A DNA stretch of 64,000 bases from Bdellovibrionales bacterium (lineage in GTDB: Bacteria > Bdellovibrionota > Bdellovibrionia > Bdellovibrionales > UBA1609): assembly GCA_965199825.1 (NCBI GenBank), contig OZ241329.1:2016001-2080000 (forward strand), written 5' to 3'. This document shows positions 48,997 through 59,085 of the stretch, one piece after another. Each line of letters begins with the position of its first letter. Position 1 is the stretch's first letter. Made by a program: the position numbers and the translations under genes. A model generated the notes under the pieces. The model made no database searches and had not been told where the DNA came from. It saw nothing but the letters and a program-made list of their open reading frames with translations.

Positions 48997-49743
48997 ATGA
49001 AAACAGCTTTTTTGGTTTTGATGTGTTCGATGGGTCTTGCGGCTTGTTCATCAGGTGGCTCTGCATCGAATGCCTCTACGGTAAACAGTAGCTCTGCTGT
49101 CACCATCCTCCCGAGCAGCGTCACCCTCGCCTTTGGGCAGCAATACACTTTTGCTGCAATGGGTGGTGCAGGGTATGGCTACACCTTTCAAATCGTAAAT
49201 GCGCCGAACTCTTCGGCGCAAGGAACGCTAGTGAGTTCTACTGGTTTTTATACCGCACCTTCAGCCAACCAAACGCTGTCTATTATGGTGACCGATGTCA
49301 ACGGAGCTAGTGCCACTGCAACCGTAACAATCAGCTCAACCGCAACATCAACCACCACGACAAATGCCGAAACCCCTCTTTGGAGATTCTTTAATACAAC
49401 AACGGGCGAGCATTTTTATTCGGGAGATTCAACCGAGGGGGCGAAAGCCGGGGATGTGCCAGAGGGCATTGCCTTTTTAGTTCTTCAATCCCAACAGGTA
49501 GGATCGGTTGCTCTTTATCGCTGCAACACCGGCTCATCACACTTTATGAGTTTGGATCAAAATTGTGAGGGTTTTACTAACGAATCCACTTACGGATTTA
49601 TCTATACCGCTCAACAATCGAATACAGTTCCTGTTTATCGATTCTTTTCACCCACATCGGGAGATCATCTTGTGACCACCAACTACAGTGAAGGTGCGGG
49701 CTACCAATACGAATCAACTCTGGGTTATGTTTTTACAAACTAA
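48997..49743 (+). CDS. Lipoprotein with Ig-like domain and three-repeat C-terminal domain (DUF5648-like)
   Basis: Lipobox LAAC; repeats LWRFFN..GEHFY, LYRC..HFM, VYRFF..DHLVT, each followed by E-G/T-x-G/A-F/Y. Confidence 0.75.
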   Translation: MKTAFLVLMCSMGLAACSSGGSASNASTVNSSSAVTILPSSVTLAFGQQYTFAAMGGAGYGYTFQIVNAPNSSAQGTLVSSTGFYTAPSANQTLSIMVTDVNGASATATVTISSTATSTTTTNAETPLWRFFNTTTGEHFYSGDSTEGAKAGDVPEGIAFLVLQSQQVGSVALYRCNTGSSHFMSLDQNCEGFTNESTYGFIYTAQQSNTVPVYRFFSPTSGDHLVTTNYSEGAGYQYESTLGYVFTN

Positions 49744-50318
49744 CTTGCAAGACTTATTGATTTTTCGAGATGAATTTCGATTGGAACTTGGCTGAGTTTT
49801 AAATACACACGCCGCATCTCAAGTTGCGGCCACCAGGAATACAAAAAGTTATCAAGTGGTCGCCACATGGCGACCCAACCCATAATCATAATTCCTTCGC
49901 GCAACACATCGATCGCAACGTTTCCATTTGGAAAACTCTGCGATACGGTCAAACAAGAAAACATCACCACAAATCCAATCAGCAAAGAGATCTGTCCTTG
50001 GCGCACGGTCCGATGCAATTTTTTTCGCATCAAATCGGCTTTGTAGGTAAAGTGATTATGAATGGCCTCAATAATAGTTGTTTGAGGCAACAGCATGCCA
50101 TCGGGCTCGGCAATATGAATCACCAATCCAATCGCGGTGTTTACCGGATGCTCCATACTTGAACTCACAATATAATCGGCCGCCGTATCATCAAGATCGC
50201 GCTCCAAAAATGGCGAAGGATCGCGCGAATCAAACAGCTGCTCGATTTTGCGCAGTTTAAGATCAATCAGCACTTTGCCTTTTTTGGTGCGATAGCGGTT
50301 GGATGAGGTCTTTTCCAT
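49740..50318 (-). CDS. Conserved hypothetical membrane protein
   Basis: QLFDSRDPSPFLERDLD, two TM helices, GWVAMWRP; start MEKTSS. Confidence 0.75.
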   Translation of the reverse strand: MEKTSSNRYRTKKGKVLIDLKLRKIEQLFDSRDPSPFLERDLDDTAADYIVSSSMEHPVNTAIGLVIHIAEPDGMLLPQTTIIEAIHNHFTYKADLMRKKLHRTVRQGQISLLIGFVVMFSCLTVSQSFPNGNVAIDVLREGIMIMGWVAMWRPLDNFLYSWWPQLEMRRVYLKLSQVPIEIHLEKSISLAS

Positions 50319-50325
50319 AACAAAC

Positions 50326-50352
50326 TTATCGGCGTAAATCGAAAATTGCCTG
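50326..50352 (-). promoter_or_regulatory. Putative sigma28 (FliA) promoter
   Basis: Minus strand CAGG-N15-GCCGATAA, ATG 7 nt downstream. Confidence 0.6.
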
Positions 50353-50455
50353 GTTTGGTTTTTTAAGTTCTTGTTGAAAACCGGCCGATGGTCTGGTGTC
50401 CTTTGATTTTGCCAGAATCTAAAAAACATGCAAACGTCTAGTAACGAGGAGGCCC

Positions 50456-50887
50456 ATGGCCAGTGCCGAAATCAGTGATCAATTTAACTGCACTAAGGAG
50501 CAGTTTTTTAAGATCATTTCAGACTACGAAAAGTATCCTGAATTTTTAAATGAAGTTAAAAAATGCACCGTTTTAAAAACCGAAAAAAATCGCAAACTCG
50601 TCGAGTACGAAGTTTCGGTGGTAAAGACATTTAAATATCGCCTGTGGATGACTGAAAAGCCCGCAAGCTTGATCACCTGGACACTGGATTCAGGGGACAT
50701 GTTCAAGGTGTCTAACGGCAAATGGGAACTTAAAGAGAAAGCCAAAAATACGATCGCTCACTACAGCGTTGAGGCCGAGTTCAAGGTTTTTGTACCCGGA
50801 ATGATTGCGAAAGCTTTGGTCCAGGTGAATCTTCCGCAGATGATTGAATCTTACAAAAAACGAATAAAGGAAATTTATGGCGGTTAA
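50456..50887 (+). CDS. SRPBCC/START (Coq10/RatA-like) protein
   Basis: ISDYEKYPEFL, GKWEL; GAGGAGG RBS. Confidence 0.85.
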   Translation: MASAEISDQFNCTKEQFFKIISDYEKYPEFLNEVKKCTVLKTEKNRKLVEYEVSVVKTFKYRLWMTEKPASLITWTLDSGDMFKVSNGKWELKEKAKNTIAHYSVEAEFKVFVPGMIAKALVQVNLPQMIESYKKRIKEIYGG

Positions 50888-51179
50888 ATCCAAAAAACCG
50901 GGAATTGCGATAAAAAAAATATTGTCGGTGGGTTTAGGTGCGGCCTTTTTGACCGAAGATATGGTTAGATCCTATTTACAAGACGTCAAGCTTCCAAAAG
51001 ATGTGATGAATGTTTTGCTTCAGCAAGCGGGCAAATCAAAAAATGATCTGATGAATCTTGTGGGCAATGAAACTATGAAGATCATTTCAAAAATTGACTT
51101 CGTTAAAGAAGCTTCTCGCTTTGTCGAAAATCATAAATTCAAAGTCTCGGCCGAAATCGAAGTGATCAGAAAGACTTAA
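50877..51179 (+). CDS. Hypothetical protein
   Basis: Overlaps upstream gene end; GLGAAFLTED..R..L...KLPKD. Confidence 0.75.
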   Translation: MAVKSKKPGIAIKKILSVGLGAAFLTEDMVRSYLQDVKLPKDVMNVLLQQAGKSKNDLMNLVGNETMKIISKIDFVKEASRFVENHKFKVSAEIEVIRKT

Positions 51180-51721
51180 CGTATGGGTGATTTGAGTTTG
51201 AAGTGGGTCGAATCGATTTGGCGTAATTTTTTTTCGACAATTTCGCCAACCATATCGGGCCGGACCGCCTTTGCGGTGTACCACTCATCGCCATTTGAAT
51301 ACGAGCGGACTCGAATGTATTGGGCAGGATCTTTAGGATTTGAGATGGTCGAAAATTTCATATAGCCTTCAATGAAAGTCCCGGTGTTTTCGCTTTTTTC
51401 AGCCTGAGTTTGTAGCGCTGTAGAAAGATTAAAAGCAAACTTTCTTAAAGCCAAAACTCCATGAGGATCTGAAGCCTCGATGGTTGCGATATCATCAATT
51501 TGTTTAATGATAAATTCGCGCTCGCTGCCGTTCAGATATTTATCAAAGCGAAAGATCAATCTTTTTAAAAATTCATTTCTTAACCCATACTCGATCCGCT
51601 CTTGCGGAGTTTTGGCGTTCATCAATAACTTTTGATTAGCTGTAGACACCTCTTTTAATCGATCAAAGCTAACAGTTTGCGAAATCGAAAAAAAACAAAA
51701 CCAAATTAATAAGATCGCCAT
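51176..51721 (-). CDS. Hypothetical exported protein
   Basis: Hydrophobic N-terminus; fills the gap between neighbouring genes. Confidence 0.65.
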   Translation of the reverse strand: MAILLIWFCFFSISQTVSFDRLKEVSTANQKLLMNAKTPQERIEYGLRNEFLKRLIFRFDKYLNGSEREFIIKQIDDIATIEASDPHGVLALRKFAFNLSTALQTQAEKSENTGTFIEGYMKFSTISNPKDPAQYIRVRSYSNGDEWYTAKAVRPDMVGEIVEKKLRQIDSTHFKLKSPIR

Positions 51722-51766
51722 AAACTTATCCTAGCAAAAACTTTTGAACAGTGCGAACACCGCAAC

Positions 51767-52690
51767 ATGGATAAAGTCTGGAATTCTGTCGAGCACAAAG
51801 TTTTTCGCGCCCTCAAACCGATCCCGCTGAAAGATAAAATTCTGCTGGTTGCGGTGTCAGGCGGAGCGGACTCGATGGCCCTCTTGACCATTTTGAATCA
51901 TTTAAAAAAATCATTAAAATTTGAGATCAAGGTGATCCACATCCATCACGGCGGAAACAGTCGCTTCCGTCATCAAGCCCAAAAGTTTGTGTTCAAGATT
52001 GCAAAGGCAATGGATCTGACTTGCGAAACCAACATAGATTTGCCTAGCGATCTTAAGAGTGAGGCCGCTTTAAGACGATACCGGTACAAAATTCTTGATC
52101 AGGCCCAAAAAAAATATGGTGCGGTGGTGGCGACCGGTCATCATGCCCAGGACCTCCTCGAAACCCAACTAATCAATTGCATTCGGGGATCAAGTTTTTA
52201 TGGGCTGCAATCGTTAAGCTTTTATCATCCTCAAAGACAAATTTTGCGGCCCCTTTTAGGCTTGAGCAAAAATCAAATACTTGAGTATTGTAGAGAGCGT
52301 AGAGTCAAATTCTTAAACGATCCTTCAAACCGTTCAAAGGCCCCATTACGAAATTGGATTCGCCACGATTGGCTGCCTCGGCTAGAAAAAAAAAGACGCG
52401 GGTCAGTCACTTCTTTGGCGCGAAGTTTTAATCTCCTTTCGCAATCCAAGCCGCAGCAAAGAAAGACCTTAGACCGGGAAAAATTTAAAACCTGGAGCCC
52501 AGAAAACAGAGCTCACGCCATTGTGGAGCTGATTCGTTCAAGCGGCATCTCCAATTACACCAAAGGGCATATCGAAGAGATTTTGCGCCGCCTTGACACC
52601 CCTCAAAAAACCTTCACATTTCGTACACTCGATCGAAATTGGAGCGTCACTCATCTTACCGTTAAAATTTGCCAACCACATTCAATTTGA
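51767..52690 (+). CDS. tilS: tRNA(Ile)-lysidine synthetase
   Basis: AVSGGADSMAL, RRYRY, TGHHAQDLLET, RPLL, DPSN, RNWIRH; upstream of ftsH. Confidence 0.93.
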   Translation: MDKVWNSVEHKVFRALKPIPLKDKILLVAVSGGADSMALLTILNHLKKSLKFEIKVIHIHHGGNSRFRHQAQKFVFKIAKAMDLTCETNIDLPSDLKSEAALRRYRYKILDQAQKKYGAVVATGHHAQDLLETQLINCIRGSSFYGLQSLSFYHPQRQILRPLLGLSKNQILEYCRERRVKFLNDPSNRSKAPLRNWIRHDWLPRLEKKRRGSVTSLARSFNLLSQSKPQQRKTLDREKFKTWSPENRAHAIVELIRSSGISNYTKGHIEEILRRLDTPQKTFTFRTLDRNWSVTHLTVKICQPHSI

Positions 52691-52741
52691 GCTCTTCTGT
52701 ATTTCGGTGTTAGTCTTCATTAATCATCAGAAAGGATCTTC

Positions 52742-54712
52742 ATGAGATCTCCACAAAAAACCATGGCTCTTTGGGCAATTTTATTGGTTGTCGGCGTTTT
52801 GTTTTTTCAAATGTATGAAACCCAACGGAGCACTTTGGTGCGCGATTTTGATTATCCGAAATTTGTTTCGGCGATCGAAAAAGGCGAAATCAAAAAGGAC
52901 TCGATTATCTTTTATAAATCTACCGGTCAGATTGAGGGGGAACTCAACGATGCGGGCGAAAAGATTTTTGGTGGGCGAAAATTTAAAATCGATGGCAACA
53001 TCGATACCGATGGCTTTAACCAACTCAAAGCCAACGGGATTGTTCCAAAATACGTCAACTCCGACAATTCGTTTTTGACCTCGCTTTTTTTCAATTGGCT
53101 ACCACTGATTATTATTATCGGAATGTTTATGTTCTTTATGCGCCAAATTCAAATTGGCGGGGGTAAAGCCATGGCCTTCGGCAAAAGCCGCGCACGCTTG
53201 CTTACCGAAAATAAAAATAAGGTCACATTTAAAGACGTGGCTGGAGTTGAAGAAGCCAAAGATGAACTCAAAGAGATTGTTGCCTTTTTAAAAGAGCCAA
53301 AAAAATTCACCAAACTCGGCGGGCGCATTCCAAAAGGGGTGTTGCTGGTGGGTCCTCCCGGAACAGGAAAAACTTTGCTCGCACGTGCGGTTGCGGGCGA
53401 GGCGAATGTTCCGTTCTTTACGATCTCGGGGTCCGATTTTGTTGAGATGTTTGTGGGTGTGGGAGCAAGCCGTGTGCGCGATTTGTTTGAGCAAGGCAAA
53501 AAAAATGCGCCTTGTCTTATTTTTATTGATGAGATTGATGCGGTCGGAAGACATCGGGGCGCGGGCATGGGCGGCGGTCATGATGAGCGCGAACAAACTC
53601 TGAATCAATTGCTAGTTGAGATGGATGGTTTTGAAAGTAATGATGGTGTGATTTTGATTGCGGCGACCAATCGTCCTGATGTTTTGGATCCCGCACTGTT
53701 GCGACCCGGTCGATTTGATCGACGTGTTGTGGTTTCAAAACCTGATGTCAAAGGGCGCGAACAGATTTTATTGGTGCACTCGCGAAAAACTCCATTGTCT
53801 TCGGATGTGGTGATTGAAACCATTGCGCGTGGAACACCAGGATTTTCGGGTGCGGATCTCGAAAATTTGGTGAACGAAGCAGCACTCTGTGCGGCTCGCG
53901 AAAATAAAAATAAATTAGAAATGGATGATTTCGAACGGGCTAAAGATAAAGTTTTGATGGGTGCTGAGAGAAAAAGCATGGTGATCAGCGAAGCAGATCG
54001 AAAAATTACCGCCTATCATGAAGCTGGTCATACAATCGTAGGACGGATTTTGCCGGGGCTCGATCCGATTCATAAGGTGACGATTATTCCACGGGGCATG
54101 GCTCTTGGTGTCACTCAAACTTTGCCCGAAGAGGACAGCCTCAACCTGTCAAAAACCAAAGCAAAAGCGATGATTGCTTTTTTGTTTGGTGGGCGAGCAG
54201 CCGAAGAAATTATTTATAACGACAGCACGACCGGTGCGGGTAACGATATTGAACGCGCCACCGAGCTTGCACGACGTATGGTGTGCGAGTGGGGAATGAG
54301 CGAAAAGTTAGGCCCCTTGGCTCTTGAAAAACGTGATGGCCCGGTGTTTATGGGAATGCAATCTGCCCAATCGCGCGACTATTCCGATGCAAAAGCCCAA
54401 GAAATTGATCAAGAGGTTTTTAGCTTGGTTACAGGTGGATATCATATTGCAAAACAAATTCTTCAAGACAACATTGGGATTCTACACAAGATGACCGATG
54501 CTCTTTTGGAGCACGAAACCATCGATGCCGAAGAAGTAAATATGCTTATCGCTGGTGCGGGCCTTGTAGAAATCGCAAAAAAACGCGAGGATAAGCAAGC
54601 GCGCATTGATGCTGAACGCAAGGTCTCCGCAGAAAACGAATTGAAAGCACGCGCCGAAGAAAAAAAATCAGGACGTGATCCTGTTGGACAGTCGGGACCT
54701 GTGACAGCTTAA
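52742..54712 (+). CDS. ftsH: ATP-dependent zinc metalloprotease FtsH
   Basis: Two TM helices, [36 protein letters not shown]. Confidence 0.98.
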   Translation: MRSPQKTMALWAILLVVGVLFFQMYETQRSTLVRDFDYPKFVSAIEKGEIKKDSIIFYKSTGQIEGELNDAGEKIFGGRKFKIDGNIDTDGFNQLKANGIVPKYVNSDNSFLTSLFFNWLPLIIIIGMFMFFMRQIQIGGGKAMAFGKSRARLLTENKNKVTFKDVAGVEEAKDELKEIVAFLKEPKKFTKLGGRIPKGVLLVGPPGTGKTLLARAVAGEANVPFFTISGSDFVEMFVGVGASRVRDLFEQGKKNAPCLIFIDEIDAVGRHRGAGMGGGHDEREQTLNQLLVEMDGFESNDGVILIAATNRPDVLDPALLRPGRFDRRVVVSKPDVKGREQILLVHSRKTPLSSDVVIETIARGTPGFSGADLENLVNEAALCAARENKNKLEMDDFERAKDKVLMGAERKSMVISEADRKITAYHEAGHTIVGRILPGLDPIHKVTIIPRGMALGVTQTLPEEDSLNLSKTKAKAMIAFLFGGRAAEEIIYNDSTTGAGNDIERATELARRMVCEWGMSEKLGPLALEKRDGPVFMGMQSAQSRDYSDAKAQEIDQEVFSLVTGGYHIAKQILQDNIGILHKMTDALLEHETIDAEEVNMLIAGAGLVEIAKKREDKQARIDAERKVSAENELKARAEEKKSGRDPVGQSGPVTA

Positions 54713-54724
54713 TAGTTAGGTTAT

Positions 54725-55528
54725 ATGCTTAAGGGCGTTTTTGAAAATCTGTCGTTGATCTTTATCCAATTGCGCTTTCAAGACTTTTTGGATTTTGTTT
54801 TTGTTTGGCTCGTGATTTATCGCATTCTGCTCCTGACCAAACGCTCGGGAGCAGTTCAAATCTTAAGCGGGATGGGCATTTTAGCCATTGCCTATCTCAG
54901 CAGCATTTATCTTGATCTCGTTACTTTCAATTGGTTGCTCGAACGGTTTTTTTCGCATCTCTTTTTGATTATCGTCATACTATTTCAAGCAGAAATTCGT
55001 AGAGCCTTGGCACAAATCGGTTCAAACCCCTTTTTGACCGGAGTAGGGCGAGTAGAAGAAACTCATATCGTTGAAGAGATCGCAAAAGCCGCGGTCACGC
55101 TAGCACAAAAAAAATATGGCGCCTTGATTGTGATCGAGCGTGAGATTGTGCTCGATTATTTTGTTGAAGTTGGAACAGTACTGCAGTCCGAAATTCAATC
55201 TGAATTGTTTAGTTCGATTTTTCATCCTGCATCTCCTTTGCATGATGGGGCGGTGGTGATTCGCCAAGGGCGCATGTTTGCGGCCGGCTGTTTTTTACCG
55301 CTTTCTAAAAATCCAACGTTGGATAAAAATTTAGGCACTCGGCATCGTGCTGCGATCGGTTTAACCGAAGAGACCGACGCCCTTGTTCTTGTAGTGTCCG
55401 AAGAGCAACATTCGGTGGGCATTGCTCACGGCGGGACTTTTCTGCCCGATGTGGATCATGCCACAATCAGAAAACATCTTTATGATGTCTTTGGTCTTCA
55501 CTTTCGAACTGAAAAGGTGAGCACGTGA
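54725..55528 (+). CDS. dacA: Diadenylate cyclase CdaA
   Basis: Three TM helices, FQAEIRRAL, LHDGA, GTRHRAA. Confidence 0.95.
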   Translation: MLKGVFENLSLIFIQLRFQDFLDFVFVWLVIYRILLLTKRSGAVQILSGMGILAIAYLSSIYLDLVTFNWLLERFFSHLFLIIVILFQAEIRRALAQIGSNPFLTGVGRVEETHIVEEIAKAAVTLAQKKYGALIVIEREIVLDYFVEVGTVLQSEIQSELFSSIFHPASPLHDGAVVIRQGRMFAAGCFLPLSKNPTLDKNLGTRHRAAIGLTEETDALVLVVSEEQHSVGIAHGGTFLPDVDHATIRKHLYDVFGLHFRTEKVST

Positions 55529-55914
55529 AGTTCACAGAAAACATGAGCTATAAACTTGTTTCGTTTTTTGTTACCCTCATTTTGTGGGTGAGTATGCTGT
55601 CGCGAAAAGATGCGGTGATCACTCGCGAAATGAATCTGCAATATCTGCTTCCCGCACACACAATTTTGATTGCCCAAAATCAGCCAAAAAAAGTTGTGAT
55701 TCGTCTGTCTGGTCCACGCATCACACTTCAACGCTACTTGCAAAGTGATGAGGATTTAACCCTTGATCTGACCCGTATGCCCACAGGCCGGGTGCGAGTT
55801 CATTTAACACAATCCAACTTGTCGCTCCCTTTGGGTCTTCGTGTGATGGCCATCGATCCAGAAGAAATTCTTGTCGATCTTAAAGATGAGCCGATCAAAG
55901 GAGATGAACGATGA
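55525..55914 (+). CDS. CdaR/YbbR-like protein (single domain)
   Basis: KLVSF...LW N-terminal helix, V.LSG, IDPE.I.V; between dacA and glmM. Confidence 0.8.
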   Translation: MKFTENMSYKLVSFFVTLILWVSMLSRKDAVITREMNLQYLLPAHTILIAQNQPKKVVIRLSGPRITLQRYLQSDEDLTLDLTRMPTGRVRVHLTQSNLSLPLGLRVMAIDPEEILVDLKDEPIKGDER

Positions 55915-57311
55915 CAAAAAAATTGCCCGCAAAAATCCCTTCTACTCCACAAAAATTGTTTGGTACCGACGGGATTCGTGGCCAGGCCAATCGGTTTCCG
56001 ATGACTCCCGATCAGGTTTTAAAAGTGGGGCAAGCTATGGGCTACATGCTTCGGCACACACCAAGCTCGCGCAAAGGCTCGGCCCGCATGGTGTTGATCG
56101 GAAAAGACACCAGGCTTTCTGGCTACATGCTGGAGCAAGCCTTATCGAGTGGACTCAATTCCATGGGTGTGGCGGTGACATTGACTGGGCCTCTTCCCAC
56201 TCCTGGAATCGGTTTTTTGGCTCGCAATATGAGAGCGGATGCGGGCATTGTGATTTCGGCCTCGCACAATGCCTACTTTGATAATGGAATAAAAATTTTT
56301 GGCGCCGATGGATTTAAAATCACCGATACCATGGAGCGCGAAATTGAGCGGCTCGTGGGCGAAGTCGACATGAATGTGCATCTTGCGGATTCGGCCACCA
56401 TTGGCCGCACGCGACGTATCGAAGATGCCGCCGGTCGGTATGTGGTGTTTGTTAAAAATACTTTTCCTTTGGATATGACTTTGGATGGATTCCGAATTGT
56501 CTTGGACTGTGCTCACGGCGCAACTTACAAAGTTGCCCCCTCAATTTTTGAAGAGCTTGGTGCCGAGGTCATTTTGCTTGGTGATGAGCCCAATGGCTAC
56601 AACATCAACGACAAAGCCGGAGCTCTTTATCCCCAAAAAACTTGTGAGGCGGTAATCAAATATCGTGCGGATCTTGGCATCAGTTTGGATGGCGATGGCG
56701 ATCGGGTGATCATGGTGGATGAGCTCGGGAATATCGTTAATGGCGATCATATTCTTGCCATTTGTGCGATTCATCAAATGAAGCGAGCAAAACTTCGCGG
56801 CTCTACCGTTGTAGCAACCCAAATGAGCAATGTGGGCTTAGAGTTGTGTCTTAAAAATTACGGTATCAATCTGATTCGCACCGATGTAGGCGACAAGCAT
56901 GTGGTCGAAGCATTGAGACAAAATGGATTTAGTTTAGGCGGCGAGCAATCCGGTCATATCATCCATCTTGATCATTCTACCACCGGGGATGGCTGTGTGG
57001 CCGCACTCAATGTGCTTGCGGTCATGCGTTTTGAAAACAAAAGACTCTCCGAGCTCAAAGCTTTGATGGAAGATGTGCCCCAAGTTTTGATTAACCTGAG
57101 AGTTCGCGAGCGAAAAGATTTGAACGAACTTCCAGGCTTTAACGCCTTAATCAAAGATATTGAGCTTCGACTTAAAGGCAGTGGTCGTACCTTTGTGCGC
57201 TTTTCGGGTACAGAGCCTGTGTTGAGAGTGTTGGTTGAAGGCCGCGATAAAAAACAAATCAGCAAATATGCCGAAGAGATTGCCCATTTTTTAGAGCATG
57301 AATTGTCGTAA
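55911..57311 (+). CDS. glmM: Phosphoglucosamine mutase
   Basis: LFGTDGIRG, GKDTRLSG, SASHN, DGDGDR, GGEQSGH, RFSGTEP. Confidence 0.97.
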   Translation: MTKKLPAKIPSTPQKLFGTDGIRGQANRFPMTPDQVLKVGQAMGYMLRHTPSSRKGSARMVLIGKDTRLSGYMLEQALSSGLNSMGVAVTLTGPLPTPGIGFLARNMRADAGIVISASHNAYFDNGIKIFGADGFKITDTMEREIERLVGEVDMNVHLADSATIGRTRRIEDAAGRYVVFVKNTFPLDMTLDGFRIVLDCAHGATYKVAPSIFEELGAEVILLGDEPNGYNINDKAGALYPQKTCEAVIKYRADLGISLDGDGDRVIMVDELGNIVNGDHILAICAIHQMKRAKLRGSTVVATQMSNVGLELCLKNYGINLIRTDVGDKHVVEALRQNGFSLGGEQSGHIIHLDHSTTGDGCVAALNVLAVMRFENKRLSELKALMEDVPQVLINLRVRERKDLNELPGFNALIKDIELRLKGSGRTFVRFSGTEPVLRVLVEGRDKKQISKYAEEIAHFLEHELS

Positions 57312-57317
57312 AGTCCG

Positions 57318-58700
57318 GTGAAGCTCCTCACAAAAGAACAGATTAAAATTTTGGAACGCAATCATTCTGGGTTGATGATCAAAGCGGGCCGACTGGCTGC
57401 CAAAAAATTAAAAAATCTGAACGGTACAATCGCTATTGTGTGTGGGCCCGGCAACAACGGCGGCGATGGGTTTGTTGTGGCGCAAGAGCTTTTTAAACAA
57501 AAAAAAGTTGTCCAAATTATTGTGCCTCTAACGCCACAAACGCAGCTTGCGAAGGTGGAATTCAAAAAATGCTTGCGACTTAAAATACCAATTTTAAAAG
57601 CGCCCATAGCAAAAGTGGATTATGTGATCGATGCGCTCTTTGGAATCGGACTCTCACGTCCCATGCCATTTAAAAAACTCATTGAATGGATCAATTTGCA
57701 TCCTGTGATTTCGCTCGATGTGCCAAGTGGGCTTAACAGTGATACTGGCACGTGTAATGGGCCGGTGGTTCGGGCTCAGCGCACACTGACCTTTGGGGCT
57801 TCAAAGCCGGGATTTTATGTTAACTTTGGACCCGAGCACTGTGGCCAGATTGAGGTCTTAAAGCTGTACCCAATCCAAAGTTCAATTCAACTTTTTGATC
57901 AAATGAAACTTCCGAAGCGGCCAAATCAATCTAACAAATCAAGCTTTGGTCACACGTTGATCTTATCCGGTCGCGAGGGGTATTGGGGCTCTGGCTTAAT
58001 GAGTTCGAGTGCCGCCTTTAGAGTGGGCTCTGGATATGTGACTTGGGCAAGTTTTGATTCCATTCCGCTGCATCGGGCAATTCCTGAAGCGCTCACCGCA
58101 ACGATAAATAATAAGTTATTTAGTGGTAAATTTGATTCGATCTTGGTGGGGCCTGGTCTTGGCACAACAAACAAAACCGCTCATCTCTTAAAATATTTAT
58201 TTCGATTTCCAAACGTGATTGTTGATGCTGATGCTTTACAAGTTGCGGTCACACACAAACTTTTTCCTTTTCCCAAAACGTGGCTGATCACACCGCATGC
58301 GGGCGAGCTTGCAAAAATATTAGAGAAACCCGCAAAATTTCTTGAGTCGGATCGCATGATGGCGGTGGAGCTTGCGATAAAAAAGGTGGGATGTTCGGTC
58401 TTGTTCAAGGGTTTTCGCTCGATTCTTAAAACCGAATCACAAACTTTTGTGATTGCTTCGGGCAATAGTGCTCTTGCCAAGGCGGGCAGTGGAGACGTAC
58501 TCGGTGGAATGATTGCAGGGCTGTGTGCTCAAAAATTGCCATTGCCAAAAGCGGGTCTTCAGGGAGCTTACATCCACGGAAAATTATCTGATGCTTGGGT
58601 TTTGAGCGGGCGACATAAAAATAGTTTGATGCCGTCGGATCTCTACCGGGTGCTTCCAAAACTTTTAAAAAAAATTGATGCTGATGATTTATTCGACTGA
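57318..58700 (+). CDS. nnr: Bifunctional NAD(P)H-hydrate epimerase/dehydratase
   Basis: GPGNNGGDG, DALFGIG, DVPSG, GPGLG, DADAL, TPHAGE, AGSGDVL. Confidence 0.93.
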   Translation: MKLLTKEQIKILERNHSGLMIKAGRLAAKKLKNLNGTIAIVCGPGNNGGDGFVVAQELFKQKKVVQIIVPLTPQTQLAKVEFKKCLRLKIPILKAPIAKVDYVIDALFGIGLSRPMPFKKLIEWINLHPVISLDVPSGLNSDTGTCNGPVVRAQRTLTFGASKPGFYVNFGPEHCGQIEVLKLYPIQSSIQLFDQMKLPKRPNQSNKSSFGHTLILSGREGYWGSGLMSSSAAFRVGSGYVTWASFDSIPLHRAIPEALTATINNKLFSGKFDSILVGPGLGTTNKTAHLLKYLFRFPNVIVDADALQVAVTHKLFPFPKTWLITPHAGELAKILEKPAKFLESDRMMAVELAIKKVGCSVLFKGFRSILKTESQTFVIASGNSALAKAGSGDVLGGMIAGLCAQKLPLPKAGLQGAYIHGKLSDAWVLSGRHKNSLMPSDLYRVLPKLLKKIDADDLFD

Positions 58701-59085
58701 AAAACTCAAAGACCTCGAAAATTTCGCTCGAAATTTTGTAAAGACTCTTCCCCCACGCTGCGTTTTATTGCTTGAAGGCCCCATGGCTGCGGGCAAAACA
58801 ACTTTTGTTCATATGCTCACTCAAGGCGAGGCCTCATCGCCCACATATAATCTTCATCACACTTATTTTTTGGGAGAGCAAAGAATTGAGCACTTTGATC
58901 TTTACAGGCTTGAGAATGCAGACGAAATTGAATCCTCAGGCCTTTACGAGATTTTAGATCAACCTGGAAATCAGTGGGTGATTATCGAATGGCCAGAGCG
59001 GGATCTTTTGCAAAAGCAAAAAGATTTGACCTATCTTTTGGGTTTTAGTCTTAACCCAAGACAAATAGTGGTTAAGCAGCTTTAA
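58675..59085 (+). CDS. tsaE: tRNA threonylcarbamoyladenosine biosynthesis ATPase
   Basis: GPMAAGKTTF, SPTY, HFDLYRL, IEW. Confidence 0.93.
   Translation: MMLMIYSTEKLKDLENFARNFVKTLPPRCVLLLEGPMAAGKTTFVHMLTQGEASSPTYNLHHTYFLGEQRIEHFDLYRLENADEIESSGLYEILDQPGNQWVIIEWPERDLLQKQKDLTYLLGFSLNPRQIVVKQL

Noticed and set aside
52781..54118. Several short ORFs overlapping ftsH, and similar ones over other long genes
   Set aside because: Antisense or off-frame shadows of well-supported genes
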